From a virus, in the IMG/VR virus record IMGVR_UViG_3300020470_003436, positions 7,065 to 71,064 of that record: a stretch of DNA of 64,000 nt. One strand, written 5' to 3'. This document shows positions 1-10,499 of the stretch, one piece after another. The notes under the pieces are model-generated. The model did not search any database. It saw only the letters and a list, made by a program, of their open reading frames with translations, and was not told the DNA's origin. Numbering within the stretch: the first letter of the stretch is position 1; every line of letters starts with the position of its first letter. A program made the translations under genes and the position numbers.

Positions 1-33
1 TTGCCGCAGCCAAAGAGGATTAGTATGCTTGCT

Positions 34-510
34 ATGACTGATACTAATACCGTTGAAACTTGGGACGACGCTGCTGAGCGGCATGTCCTTAGAATTTGGG
101 ACCGTACGGCTGATATAAATTTCCACGACCCTGTTGGAGAGATTCGTAGGGTTGTAGACAACATGATTGAATTGTTTTTTAACGAGGACAACGAAATAAC
201 TACGGAGATTTATTGGCTGAATTTAGGCGCATTAGTTTTACTTGCGTATGGCGAGTTAGATCCTTATGAGGTTTCACGAACTCTTGCTGATAAGCAAAGA
301 GATTACGGTCCTAACAATATTGCTAGGTTTGCGGAGAAGGGCCTTATTGTACGTTTGCACGACAAGGTTGCCCGTCTTGAGAATCTTTTAGCCAGTAACT
401 TATCTGCTAAGAATGAGTCCATAGAAGACACTTATCTAGATATAATAGGCTATTCTGTTATTGGGCTTATGTGGCTTAATGGGGAGTTCTTTAATCCTTT
501 GAAAGGTTGA
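34..510 (+). CDS. DUF1599 / nucleotide-modification-associated domain 1 (Nmad1)-like protein
   Basis: Motifs KQRDYG, IVRLHDKVARLENL and ESIEDTYLDIIGY. Start moved to ATG 34, which lies 7 nt after TAGTAT (21-26); the true start is uncertain at the window edge. Confidence 0.75.
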   Translation: MTDTNTVETWDDAAERHVLRIWDRTADINFHDPVGEIRRVVDNMIELFFNEDNEITTEIYWLNLGALVLLAYGELDPYEVSRTLADKQRDYGPNNIARFAEKGLIVRLHDKVARLENLLASNLSAKNESIEDTYLDIIGYSVIGLMWLNGEFFNPLKG

Positions 511-595
511 AGTAATGGCGACTCCATAGGTGTTTGCGGTATCATATAAATTGAGGAGCAATTTATTTATTCACTATAGGAATTTTGGAGTTAAA

Positions 596-745
596 ATGCC
601 TAAACCATTAAAAAAGTTTTTTGACAGGGAGTCGGGAGCTGGCGCTAGAGCAAGGCGATTTGGCCGTAGAGTTGCCGACCGTTTCCGTGGCGGAGTTGCA
701 CGTTTGCGTGAAGCACGTGACGCACGTCGGGCACGTAGAGGTTAA
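596..745 (+). CDS. small Arg-rich basic protein (49 aa)
   Basis: GGAG upstream of ATG 596. MPKPLKKFFD...RRARRG, very Arg-rich. Confidence 0.6.
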   Translation: MPKPLKKFFDRESGAGARARRFGRRVADRFRGGVARLREARDARRARRG

Positions 746-781
746 TGGGAAATCCCACCTGACTCAAGTTAAGGACCCATT

Positions 782-1771
782 ATGGCTTTAGTAACCGTTT
801 CTGATATAGAAACGTATATGGATATTGATTTAGACAATAAGCAGGAAGACGCTGCCCAGTTCATTATAGATGGGCTTGAATCGGAGCTTGTTGCCTATTT
901 GCGACGTCCTGTTTCTGTCACTTCATTTACTGAGACATATAGGGTGCCTGAAGTCGGTAGAGGGGTCGCACAAAATAACCACTACCATAATTACACGACA
1001 GATCCGTCGTATTCAACTACGTTATCGTCACCGGGGATTTTATACACGCCTACATGGGTTTTGTATTTGAACGAAAGCCCTGTAGTCTCTATTACAGATT
1101 TGACAATCACACCAGCGACAGCGTCTGGAAACAAAACTACAGTTAAGCTAGATCTTGCCGGAGCAACGAACGGCACATACGCTGCTGGTGATGCAACCGT
1201 CTACTACATTGATTCCACGACTGACCCTGATGACCCTGATGTGTATGCTTATACAAACACAGAGTCAATAACTGTAGCCAGTAATACTGCAACGAATAAG
1301 TCATTTCAGGCTGTAAAAGCTAGTAAGAATTATAATTCAGTTGCTAATGGCGGAAAGATTCCTAATGGAACTGGCGGTTCAGGTCCATCGTTTACTGGGT
1401 CTTCTGGTGATCAAGGTGGAACGGCTACGGTTAATTCTGGGTCTGCTCTTTCGGGTGGTACTGATGGGGCTACAGCGGTAGCGCAAGTTGCTGAAACGGA
1501 TTACATTAAAAGAAAGTATGGTGTAGATTTATACAATGCCTACGCCAACGACACTATAAATATCACATACACTGCTGGTCTTGACGGCGCAAATATTAAA
1601 GCTTTTAAGATTTTGATTCTTAGAGCGGCTGCTCGTGAAATGCAAAACATGTATGATGATACAGTAGGTTTGAAAGATTTGACCACTAGAGACATTGCTC
1701 CTTTAGAGACAGGTTTTACTGAGAGAGAATTGGCAAGTATAAAGAGGTATCGCAGGGTAAGGGTGTCCTAG
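782..1771 (+). CDS. head-tail connector/adaptor (gp6/gp15-like) with an inserted ~110-aa beta domain
   Basis: MALVTVSDIETYM N-terminus, INITYTAG, and a C-terminal GFTERELASIKRYRR typical of adaptors. Lies directly upstream of the neck genes. Confidence 0.75.
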   Translation: MALVTVSDIETYMDIDLDNKQEDAAQFIIDGLESELVAYLRRPVSVTSFTETYRVPEVGRGVAQNNHYHNYTTDPSYSTTLSSPGILYTPTWVLYLNESPVVSITDLTITPATASGNKTTVKLDLAGATNGTYAAGDATVYYIDSTTDPDDPDVYAYTNTESITVASNTATNKSFQAVKASKNYNSVANGGKIPNGTGGSGPSFTGSSGDQGGTATVNSGSALSGGTDGATAVAQVAETDYIKRKYGVDLYNAYANDTINITYTAGLDGANIKAFKILILRAAAREMQNMYDDTVGLKDLTTRDIAPLETGFTERELASIKRYRRVRVS

Positions 1772-1772
1772 T

Positions 1773-2291
1773 ATGGCTCCTAGAAAGAAAATAGAAGTTG
1801 ACACAACCGCACTTCAGGCGTACCGAAGAGGTGTTGCACAGCGTGCATCTGATTTTAAGCCTGTATTTAGGGCACTTCAGGATGAACTTATAGACGCACA
1901 TTCACGTCTTTTTCAAACAGAAGGAATGGCTGTCGGTGGATGGAAACCTTTAGATAGAGATACTTTTTACGAAAAGAGACATAAAGGTTATGGGGCTAAC
2001 GGAATTCTAATAAGAACAGGCGATTTAGAACGAAGCCTTACAAGTAGAGGACAATTTCCACCCATGGGAATTAGAGATATGGGTAAAAAAACTTATGAGT
2101 ATGGCACTCGGGTACCTTACGCTTCATTTCATCAAATGGGTACTAGGAACATGCATGAACGGCAAATAGTTTACGTTCCTCGTACATTTGCTGCTAATGC
2201 CGCAAATAAAGCCGCTCATCATGTGGCTGTCGGTGGACCAGTTATGAGATTGGCTGGGTCTATGGCTAATGCAGCTGTTAGAGGTTTTTAA
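1773..2291 (+). CDS. phage virion morphogenesis / neck protein (Mu gpG-like)
   Basis: WKPL, ILIRTGDLERSL and GTRVPYASFHQMGTRNMHER motifs. Confidence 0.8.
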   Translation: MAPRKKIEVDTTALQAYRRGVAQRASDFKPVFRALQDELIDAHSRLFQTEGMAVGGWKPLDRDTFYEKRHKGYGANGILIRTGDLERSLTSRGQFPPMGIRDMGKKTYEYGTRVPYASFHQMGTRNMHERQIVYVPRTFAANAANKAAHHVAVGGPVMRLAGSMANAAVRGF

Positions 2292-2293
2292 TC

Positions 2294-3163
2294 ATGATGT
2301 CTGGACCTCGCTTAGCGAAAAACTATGTTAGTAACTATTTAGCGAATGATTTACCGCCTCGTTTATTAACGTACAGAAACCAATGGAACTTAAGTTCATC
2401 TCAATTACCTGACCCTAGATTGTACACAACATTTGAGCCATTTGCGTTGGACAAGTGGCCTACAATTATAAATGTTGTAATGGATACTTCGTCTATAACG
2501 AAGCAAGGGTATGCTTATGATTTTGACCCTGAATATCAAGTTAAATATTCTATGAGAACTTATGTTTGGGTTAGGGCCACTGGGTCGCAGATAGTTACTG
2601 AGCAGAGAGACAATATTACTACTGTTGTTAGGGAAGCGCTTTTAGACGGCCCTTCTCTAAGCGCTTACGACACTACGGTACCATGCTATCCAAAAATTGA
2701 TGAAGGTACCATGCGTGAAGAATTTTCAGAATTAACGCTTGTGAAAGGTGAACGACTTTTAGCCGGATCATTTATAGCCTATGAACTGTCCCTACAGGAA
2801 ACGATTGACCATACAGCACTAGGGGTGGTATCAAGTTATGATGCAACTGTGTCAACGTTGTCCTTGTTACCAAATGCTCCTACAATTCCACAGGCAGTTC
2901 CCGGAAATGCTAAGGTAACGTTAACTTGGAACAACTCTACATGGAATGGCGGCGTGTACGATATAACAGGTTATACCATACAGCAAAGTTTAGATAATTC
3001 GTCGTGGAATACAGTTGTAGCCGATACTGGGGATTTAGACCCCATGCACGTTATTACGGGCTTAACAAACGGAACGAAGTATTACTTTAGAGTTGCAGCT
3101 AAAAACCTTAAAGGGGTGGGAGCTTATTCTGTCGCCACTGTTGCGGCTACTCCGTCAGCTTGA
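2294..3163 (+). CDS. tail terminator/completion-like protein with C-terminal fibronectin type III domain
   Basis: Synteny. C-terminal PNAP...VTLTW...YTIQ...GLTNGTKYYFRVAAKN is an FN3 signature. Confidence 0.65.
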   Translation: MMSGPRLAKNYVSNYLANDLPPRLLTYRNQWNLSSSQLPDPRLYTTFEPFALDKWPTIINVVMDTSSITKQGYAYDFDPEYQVKYSMRTYVWVRATGSQIVTEQRDNITTVVREALLDGPSLSAYDTTVPCYPKIDEGTMREEFSELTLVKGERLLAGSFIAYELSLQETIDHTALGVVSSYDATVSTLSLLPNAPTIPQAVPGNAKVTLTWNNSTWNGGVYDITGYTIQQSLDNSSWNTVVADTGDLDPMHVITGLTNGTKYYFRVAAKNLKGVGAYSVATVAATPSA

Positions 3164-3175
3164 TAGAATAAGCAT

Positions 3176-6100
3176 ATGGTTAGTGCACGGTGGGGCGGGG
3201 TCAGAACAGATCCGTATAATCCCAATCCTAAAGATGCCGATTTAGACGGCATTGTTCAGGAGGGGACTTTTTTTGAACGCCCAGTAGGAACAAAATTTAT
3301 AAGCGGAGCGATGGAGCTAATTTCTGGCGCACAGGGTAACAACCTTGAAGATATCGCTGGGCTTGTTCTTGTTGATGACGACGGAAACCCTGTTGATTAT
3401 ACCCCTACTTGGCGTGGCATGAGGTTGTCTGTTGGGCAGCAGCATGCTTCAGTTGGTCAAAGAACTACCGCTGTTGGAGATAGGGGAACTTTAGCTTCGG
3501 GTCCACTTACCCAAGAAGCGCCTAGTGTTAGAGCTGCTCCAGATGTTCGTGAAGGTAGAGGCATGCGTGGTCTTTTAGGGGCCTCCGTAGACGATCAATC
3601 GTTTGTTGAGCGCAGGGAAGAAAGGTTTCTAAACAGAATTGATGACGCTGCTTTGTGGTCACGTGTAAATAATCGTGGTGAGTCTCCTGAGAGCCTTGAA
3701 GAATTTTTCAAAGATAAAGAAACGCTTGATGCTGATGGCGATCCGATTAATGTTGATGTTAGGTATATTAATAGGGCTGTTAACCGTCATGGAAAAGTAC
3801 GTGACGCTTCTCGTCTAAGAGAGGAAAAACGACAAGCTGAATTAGCCGCAAGTAAGCTCCGTCAAGAAAAACAACAACGAGATTTTGCTATATCTAGACG
3901 TATTAGAAAAGGCGAATCAGTTGAGGAGATAGCTGAAGATTTGGGAATTAGCGCTCGTGAAGTTCGTTCAGCAAATAGGCGGATTAGTAGGATTAGAAGA
4001 AGAGAAAGAAATAACGCTGCACGGGAAAGAAGAGGTAGGGCTACTCGTAGCCTTACAGATGCGGATGCGTCTTCAGTATTTCCTGAAGATTTACGGAGAG
4101 ATGTTGAAGCGTATAATTGGGTAGATCGTAGGGTGGAACTTGAAGAAAAAAACCAACGCACCGTAGAAGGTATAATAGGAACTTTTTGGTCTGGTAGAGA
4201 TGGCGATGATGCGCCGTGGGACATTCTTAGTGATGAGAAGCTAAAAGACCATTTAAGAAAAATTTACCCTGATGCTTCTGAAGAAGATATTGACATTTCA
4301 TTTGATTTTTATTCTGAGCAACTTAAAGAAGGAACCTTACAACCGAAGGACGTGTTTAAGCACGTTTTGGATGATGAAGGACGGGAAGAGTTTGCCCGTA
4401 ACATGTTTTTGATCGGCAAACGAATTGATTTAGGTGAGGTTGAGGGCTCTGACGGAAGAATGTATCGTGTGGTAGCTATTCCCGAGTTAGAAGATCAAGC
4501 AAATCTGGATGAGACACAGTATTATGTTTCTGGGCGTTTCAATTATGAAGTTTTTGACAGTCTTTCAGGTGAGAAGGTTGCGGAGTATACTCCGCAGACG
4601 TTTGGCAATTATTCCGATTCGGGCTTTACACGGATTCTAGATTTGCCCGCTGCGGGATCTCCAGAGTTACACAACGATGAGTTAGGAGCTAATGCGGTAA
4701 TTAAATTTGGTGATGACATTGAAGTTGATACACGAGGCATGGGCTTAGCTGATATATTTAATGGAAATGCTTTTATGTTTGCACAAAGTTTAGGTGCCGA
4801 AAGAGCTAGTATGGGTGCAGCAGATGATGGATTTGTTGTGTGGCCTCGTAAAGGATACCGAACAGATGAAGATGTGCCCCTAGTTGAGACTGTTAGCAGG
4901 GTTTCTGAGGTACTGGATCTTTATGATGAGTACCAAAGAAGAAAGCTTGATGGAATTGAAGTAAACCCAGAGATTCCAAGTGACAGGAAGCTAGTTTTGG
5001 CTGCGGCAATGATAGGTGACGATGAGAGGGCAGATAGGCTACGAGCTATGGTTTCTCCTTTAGATGGCTTGAAATCAACTATTGATGGCGAATACTTTAA
5101 TGATGAGACTTTGAAATCCACGTTAGGAATTGAGCGAGGAGACATACCACAGTTGGGCGATTTTTTATTAGCGCTTGATCCTTCAGATTCGTCTAAACGA
5201 AACACATTGGCTTTTGTTGCTTTTAACCCAGATAAAAATGATACGGAGGTACAGCGTTTACTTGAGCAGGCGGTACCAGACCTTGAAGAAGATTTCCCAG
5301 AATTGAGGAGAGCGACTGACGCTATTATCCGTGACGGCACTAGCCCAAATTCGGTTTTAGAGTTACAAACTAATGATGGGGGTAGATTGTTTGATGGAGG
5401 AAGTATTGCTTTGGATAGTTTCTCGCCTGAAAAAGCTAAACAGAAAGCACGTTCTGGTAGGGCTGCACGAGAAACTGAAGTGCTTGAAAGTATGCAAGCG
5501 GGTTTTGATTCAGCAGACACTCCAAAAGACAAGATAAGGGAAGCAGAAGCGATGAGGCAATCAGTATCGGCACAACGCCGAGAGACCTTTAATGCGGCTG
5601 AAGAGGTTATGGAAAAACCGAGACGCCCTGCTGCAGGAACTCACATTGGTGGAGATCTTGATCTTGCTGATGGGTTAGATGAATCAGAGGTGGCTGCTGT
5701 TGATGAAGCTGCAGATATTATTAGTAACGTTATTTCTCTTCCCCCTAAACGTGGAACAGAGCGTCAATTATTTGTAACTCATACTGATCAACTTCCGGAC
5801 GATCAGCTTTTGACCCTGCAACTTTCAGATGGAAAACGTCCTCCAACCCGATTCAGTGCAGCAGAGTTATTAGGTGAGGAGCGATTTGACGCTGTTAAGG
5901 CGGGTGACCCGTTGACTCCTGAAGAACGTGACGATCTAGCTTTCTTCTCCATGGCTTATATTCAAAACGATTTGAACGCTAATGCAATGTACTTTGATCC
6001 TATAAGTGAGGGTCAAACAGGTATAATTTGGGTAAGGAATAGGCAGGCTGGTCGTTCTACGGTTCAGGATGAGATGTTAGGTGAGTTAGTTCTTCCAGAT

Positions 6101-9100
6101 GGTCGGGTAACTTCCATTACTGCTGTTAGAGACATTATACATGAGTATGTGCATAGGATTGACGCCGACGTTATTGATACTGACGGGGTAGAGGGCAGTG
6201 GGGGCTTTTTGTCAACTAAAGTAGCGGATAAACTAGATCCTAGAGTTACAGAGATAAATAATCGGATAAAGAATCTGGAGAAGTTACGAAGGGCCGGAGG
6301 TATTTCAGACGAAGAATTTCAGACTGGTCTTGAGTCTTTACAAGCCGAAATCTTTACAGTTCAGACGGAGCTATTACAAAGTATCCCTGAAACCTCCAAT
6401 TTATCTATTGAAGAAATACAAGACATTATAGATCCGCGTAGTGAAAAGTATGACCCTGCATTCCTTAATGCCGTAGCGTTTAGGCGAGCCCTTGAAGACC
6501 CAGATATAACATTAACCCCCCAAGAAGAAGCGATGACTCGTCTTCAGCTAGCATTACTTGAGTCTCCTTCAACGAAAGATCTGCTGTCAAGGGTAACAAA
6601 TTCTGGAGATAAAGACTACTACTCGTCGCCAGAAGAACTGCTTGCGAGAGGTCAATCTCAATGGATAGCGTACGAAGCTTTAAAGAATTCAGGAGTAGAT
6701 CCAGCCAATTATGATAACATGTCTGAAAGAATTATGCGAGTAGCAGATTTGTATATGGAGTCACGTAGGGGCCCTATTACTCCTGAGATGCGGCAGGAAT
6801 TTGAAGAGTTACAAGATGAAATTCTTGAGTTATGGTTAGACGCTAAAGACGAATTAGATGATGAGCAATTTAGTAACTTAATGCTTTACTTATCTTATTC
6901 TTCAGATAATCAGCATTTTACAACTGAAGAGATGGAGGCGCTGGATGGCCCCATGCGTGACCTTTTAGGGGAAATGGGGCTTTTACCAGACTCTGAAGGT
7001 GATGGTCTTCGGCTTTCGCCTGCAACTGTTGATGTTGATGTTGATAGCGACTCTCGTTTGGGTATGGCTGCACGTGCTTCGCCACCACCTCCACCTCCGC
7101 CTGCTAGTGAGGTAAGGAGAGACGTTGACGCACCTCCTCCACCACCACCTCCACCGCCAACTCCACCATCATCCCCACCACCGCCACCTCCGCCTCCGGG
7201 TCCACCTCCCAGAGTTGAAAGAGACGTACCCCCTCCACCTCCGCCACCTCCGTTTGATCCAGTTAGGGACGCCATTCCGGATGTCGCTGATCCACCAAGC
7301 ATACCTCCACCTCCTCCGCCACCTCGGAGATCTGAGCCTAGTATTCCACCGCCTCCACCGCCAACAGCGGAAGATCTACAACGACTGCGGCCTGTTGACT
7401 TAACCCCTGAGCAAACAAGGTTGAGAGATTTAGGTTTTGCAGAAGATCCGGATAGTATTCCTCGGTTAGATAGCGCTGATTTTGAAAGAAGGAGAAGAGC
7501 TTTATCAGAAAACTTTGATGGAATACCTGAATCTAAACTATATGGCCAGAATGATGAGTGGCTCTCCGGAACACAATACTACACTGATGATGGCCCTATT
7601 TTGCCTCCGCCTGTGATTTTCAGTCAGTGGGTTGAAGACGCTAACATTAGGGATGAAGGTACTCGTGACGCACGCAACTTGCAACATGCTGTTTGGGCTG
7701 ACGAGAAGTCTCCTTTGATAAATAGAGGATTTGATAGACATGGAGGATACCACTCTACTAGCAATCCAACTCCGGAAGAGATGGAAAGAAGATGGTCTGA
7801 TGCTGAAGTTGAAAACTATTTGGTAGCATTAGAGTGGAATGTGCCTAAAGAAGGCGAAACAAATTATGTTTTCCAACAGGGTAAACGAGACATGGATCGT
7901 TACCTTGCGATGGATCGTGAAGAGTATATTGAACACTTGGAAGAAATACGTAAGTATGTGCATGACAGGTACCAGTTTAGAGGCGGTGAGCAGCATCCTC
8001 GTTATAGGCGTGCAAGGTTAGAGGATGGCTTGGAGCCGTTTCATGAGCATGGTGGCTCTGGAATGAGAGATGTTTGGGAAAGAGATCTTCGTTTAAGAGG
8101 TATTGAGGTTGATGAAAATGGAAAATGGATTAAAGGTCCTCCTCCTCGGAGACGAGATTCTACAGAATTAACTTCTTTTGAGAAGTATAGGGGGGAAACA
8201 GAAGTAACAGATAATTTTAGGGAACGTTTCTTCCCTACTCGTGACTTTGCTGAACTTCAGGCTGAAAGAAAACTAAGAAGACAACGTGAGGTTGAGAAAC
8301 GAACAGAAAATCTTGCTAGGCATCAGGACGCTAGAGAAAGACTAGGTGCTCCTGATAGAACACCTACGCCTCCTCCTCCGAGCGAGAGAACTGGTAGGGC
8401 TACTCGTGCTTCGGGTCCACCTCCGAGAGTTGAGGACGCACCTCCACCACCGCCACCACCGGGATATTCGGGTGCACGCACGCCCGCCCCTGATTCAGAT
8501 GGCCCTCCCCCACCGCCACCACGAGTTTCTGGCCCACCGCCTAGAGTGGAAAGAGAAACACCGCCCCCACCACCGCCACCACCTCCGCCGGGATCTGTGG
8601 CTCCTACCCCTTCAGGTATTCCTGAAGCAGATCGTCGTCCGAGCCCTCCTCCGCCACCTAGGAGACGTGAAAGTCGCTTTCCGCCACCTCCAGCGTTTGA
8701 CCCAGTTCGTGACACTATCCCAGAACAAACTCGTGAAGAGCGAAGATTAGATGATTTAGGATTTTCTAAAGATCCAGATAAAATACCTAGAATAGGCGAT
8801 CGCAAGTATAAGTTAAGGGAGCGTGCGCTATCTTCTGCTTATGATGAAACGAATAGACCTTCCGGATCTCACATAAGCGCTGGCACAAGGGACGAATGGC
8901 TTGACGGTACCATGTACTACACTGATGCTGGGCCTATTCTCCCTGAACCAGTGATTTTCAGTCAGTGGGTTGAGGATGCTAACCTTAGAGAGGAAGGCAC
9001 TCGTGACGCATTCGGACTTCAGAATGCTGTTTTCGGAAACGAAAAATCTCCTTTAATTAGCTTAAGATTTAATGACCGTAAGAGGAGATTACGTGACAAC

Positions 9101-9949
9101 CCGACTTCAGAAGATTTAACAAATTGGTCTGATTCAGAGGTAGAAAATTATTTGGTATCTTTAGAATGGAACGTGCCTGCTGAAGGTGAACGTGGGCATG
9201 GTTTTGTTAGAGGCGTGCGTGATGATGGTTTATTTGATATGGACCGAGATGAGTACACCGAGCATTTAGAAATGGTTCGTAAACATGTAAACGATAGGTA
9301 CCAGTTTAGAGGCGGCGAAGAACATCCTCGTTACAGACGAGAAAGACTAGAAAGAGGTTTAGAGCCTTATAATGAATTCGGAAGATCCTCTGGCTTACAA
9401 GAAGTTTGGGATAGAGATAATGAGTTACGAGGTGTGAGCTTTGATGAGAGGGGCAACATGACCACAACGAAACCTCCTCAACGGCGAGATAATTTGACGT
9501 TGACTTCCCAAGAGAAGTATAGAGGAGAGTATGAAATTGGTGGGGGTTACCGTGAGAGATTGTATCCCGATCGTGATGAAGTTGAGAGGATGAAGGAAAG
9601 AAAAGCACGTAGGAAACGTGAAGCTGATCTTCGTGCGGAAAATCTTTTACGTAATCAGGATTATAGATCTAGGAACGGTCCTCCTGACCGAATGCGCAAA
9701 CCGCCTCCTCCTTCTGTTGAGAGAACTGGGAGAGCTACACGTGTAGCTGAAGAAATTGAAAATCTTAGCGAAGAGCAAAAAGAACAGTACGAAAAGATGA
9801 CTAGACTGCGGGTAGATAGAAATATATGGGCAAGAATGAAGAGCGGAGATTCTCTTGAAGAAATAGCTGCCTCTTTGGGCATGACAGAAGATGAAGTTCG
9901 TGCCGCCCAAGAACGGCTCCGTTCTGGGACATACGGATTCACCAACTAG
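3176..9949 (+). CDS. giant polyvalent protein: HTH, GNAT-like domain, HExxH zincin, polyproline tracts, duplicated ~330-aa domain, C-terminal HTH
   Basis: 2257-aa ORF. GESVEEIAEDLGIS and GDSLEEIAASLGMT (HTH); RGMGLAD...GFVVWPRKGY (GNAT-like); HEYVH at 6140-6154 with downstream YYSSPEELLAR; internal duplication ~7400-8410 vs ~8720-9740. Confidence 0.75.
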   Translation: MVSARWGGVRTDPYNPNPKDADLDGIVQEGTFFERPVGTKFISGAMELISGAQGNNLEDIAGLVLVDDDGNPVDYTPTWRGMRLSVGQQHASVGQRTTAVGDRGTLASGPLTQEAPSVRAAPDVREGRGMRGLLGASVDDQSFVERREERFLNRIDDAALWSRVNNRGESPESLEEFFKDKETLDADGDPINVDVRYINRAVNRHGKVRDASRLREEKRQAELAASKLRQEKQQRDFAISRRIRKGESVEEIAEDLGISAREVRSANRRISRIRRRERNNAARERRGRATRSLTDADASSVFPEDLRRDVEAYNWVDRRVELEEKNQRTVEGIIGTFWSGRDGDDAPWDILSDEKLKDHLRKIYPDASEEDIDISFDFYSEQLKEGTLQPKDVFKHVLDDEGREEFARNMFLIGKRIDLGEVEGSDGRMYRVVAIPELEDQANLDETQYYVSGRFNYEVFDSLSGEKVAEYTPQTFGNYSDSGFTRILDLPAAGSPELHNDELGANAVIKFGDDIEVDTRGMGLADIFNGNAFMFAQSLGAERASMGAADDGFVVWPRKGYRTDEDVPLVETVSRVSEVLDLYDEYQRRKLDGIEVNPEIPSDRKLVLAAAMIGDDERADRLRAMVSPLDGLKSTIDGEYFNDETLKSTLGIERGDIPQLGDFLLALDPSDSSKRNTLAFVAFNPDKNDTEVQRLLEQAVPDLEEDFPELRRATDAIIRDGTSPNSVLELQTNDGGRLFDGGSIALDSFSPEKAKQKARSGRAARETEVLESMQAGFDSADTPKDKIREAEAMRQSVSAQRRETFNAAEEVMEKPRRPAAGTHIGGDLDLADGLDESEVAAVDEAADIISNVISLPPKRGTERQLFVTHTDQLPDDQLLTLQLSDGKRPPTRFSAAELLGEERFDAVKAGDPLTPEERDDLAFFSMAYIQNDLNANAMYFDPISEGQTGIIWVRNRQAGRSTVQDEMLGELVLPDGRVTSITAVRDIIHEYVHRIDADVIDTDGVEGSGGFLSTKVADKLDPRVTEINNRIKNLEKLRRAGGISDEEFQTGLESLQAEIFTVQTELLQSIPETSNLSIEEIQDIIDPRSEKYDPAFLNAVAFRRALEDPDITLTPQEEAMTRLQLALLESPSTKDLLSRVTNSGDKDYYSSPEELLARGQSQWIAYEALKNSGVDPANYDNMSERIMRVADLYMESRRGPITPEMRQEFEELQDEILELWLDAKDELDDEQFSNLMLYLSYSSDNQHFTTEEMEALDGPMRDLLGEMGLLPDSEGDGLRLSPATVDVDVDSDSRLGMAARASPPPPPPPASEVRRDVDAPPPPPPPPPTPPSSPPPPPPPPGPPPRVERDVPPPPPPPPFDPVRDAIPDVADPPSIPPPPPPPRRSEPSIPPPPPPTAEDLQRLRPVDLTPEQTRLRDLGFAEDPDSIPRLDSADFERRRRALSENFDGIPESKLYGQNDEWLSGTQYYTDDGPILPPPVIFSQWVEDANIRDEGTRDARNLQHAVWADEKSPLINRGFDRHGGYHSTSNPTPEEMERRWSDAEVENYLVALEWNVPKEGETNYVFQQGKRDMDRYLAMDREEYIEHLEEIRKYVHDRYQFRGGEQHPRYRRARLEDGLEPFHEHGGSGMRDVWERDLRLRGIEVDENGKWIKGPPPRRRDSTELTSFEKYRGETEVTDNFRERFFPTRDFAELQAERKLRRQREVEKRTENLARHQDARERLGAPDRTPTPPPPSERTGRATRASGPPPRVEDAPPPPPPPGYSGARTPAPDSDGPPPPPPRVSGPPPRVERETPPPPPPPPPPGSVAPTPSGIPEADRRPSPPPPPRRRESRFPPPPAFDPVRDTIPEQTREERRLDDLGFSKDPDKIPRIGDRKYKLRERALSSAYDETNRPSGSHISAGTRDEWLDGTMYYTDAGPILPEPVIFSQWVEDANLREEGTRDAFGLQNAVFGNEKSPLISLRFNDRKRRLRDNPTSEDLTNWSDSEVENYLVSLEWNVPAEGERGHGFVRGVRDDGLFDMDRDEYTEHLEMVRKHVNDRYQFRGGEEHPRYRRERLERGLEPYNEFGRSSGLQEVWDRDNELRGVSFDERGNMTTTKPPQRRDNLTLTSQEKYRGEYEIGGGYRERLYPDRDEVERMKERKARRKREADLRAENLLRNQDYRSRNGPPDRMRKPPPPSVERTGRATRVAEEIENLSEEQKEQYEKMTRLRVDRNIWARMKSGDSLEEIAASLGMTEDEVRAAQERLRSGTYGFTN

Positions 9950-10003
9950 ATTGATATTGACAAGACACCATGTATGCGGTAAACTAGGCACAAGGAGACA
10001 ATT

Positions 10004-10216
10004 ATGGCAGATAAAAACTCAGATGAATTTAAAGCTACTACAGACAATGAAGAGTTTAATAGTTTTTTCAATTACATACTAGAAAATGCTAGGAGTAGTG
10101 TATCTAGACCTTATCGTATAATGCAAAGAAACGCTGATGGCGTGTATGAAGAAAGGGTATCGCTTAATCAGCGCCTTTTCCCTGATGCATATAAGGAAAC
10201 AAATGACGAAGAATGA
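10004..10216 (+). CDS. hypothetical protein
   Basis: AAGGAG SD; upstream TTGACA-17-TAAACT promoter. Confidence 0.65.
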   Translation: MADKNSDEFKATTDNEEFNSFFNYILENARSSVSRPYRIMQRNADGVYEERVSLNQRLFPDAYKETNDEE

Positions 10217-10499
10217 TAAGCTGATTGGGGCTTACAGGACATATATTATTGAGTTTCCTGAAAAAACAGGCAACTTGGTTAATTATGATACAATCGGTAG
10301 ATTGATGGAAATTTTTCAAACTATTCGGACAGGGTCAGAAGATTCAGACCCCAGAGGTGATCAAGAGGGGCAAGTAGAAGACATGCGCCGTGTATATGCA
10401 ATGTTACGTGATGCCGAAACTCGTCAAAGTGTAGACTTTATTGAAGAGATAATAGAAAAAGCCACGCCTAAAGATGTACAAACAAATCAAAATAAATGA
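10203..10499 (+). CDS. hypothetical protein
   Basis: TAAGGA precedes ATG 10203; overlaps the previous stop. Confidence 0.55.
   Translation: MTKNDKLIGAYRTYIIEFPEKTGNLVNYDTIGRLMEIFQTIRTGSEDSDPRGDQEGQVEDMRRVYAMLRDAETRQSVDFIEEIIEKATPKDVQTNQNK

Noticed and set aside
6910-8805. Gly-rich antisense ORFs and His-rich alternate-frame ORFs
   Set aside because: Shadows of the CCN polyproline codons of the giant gene.
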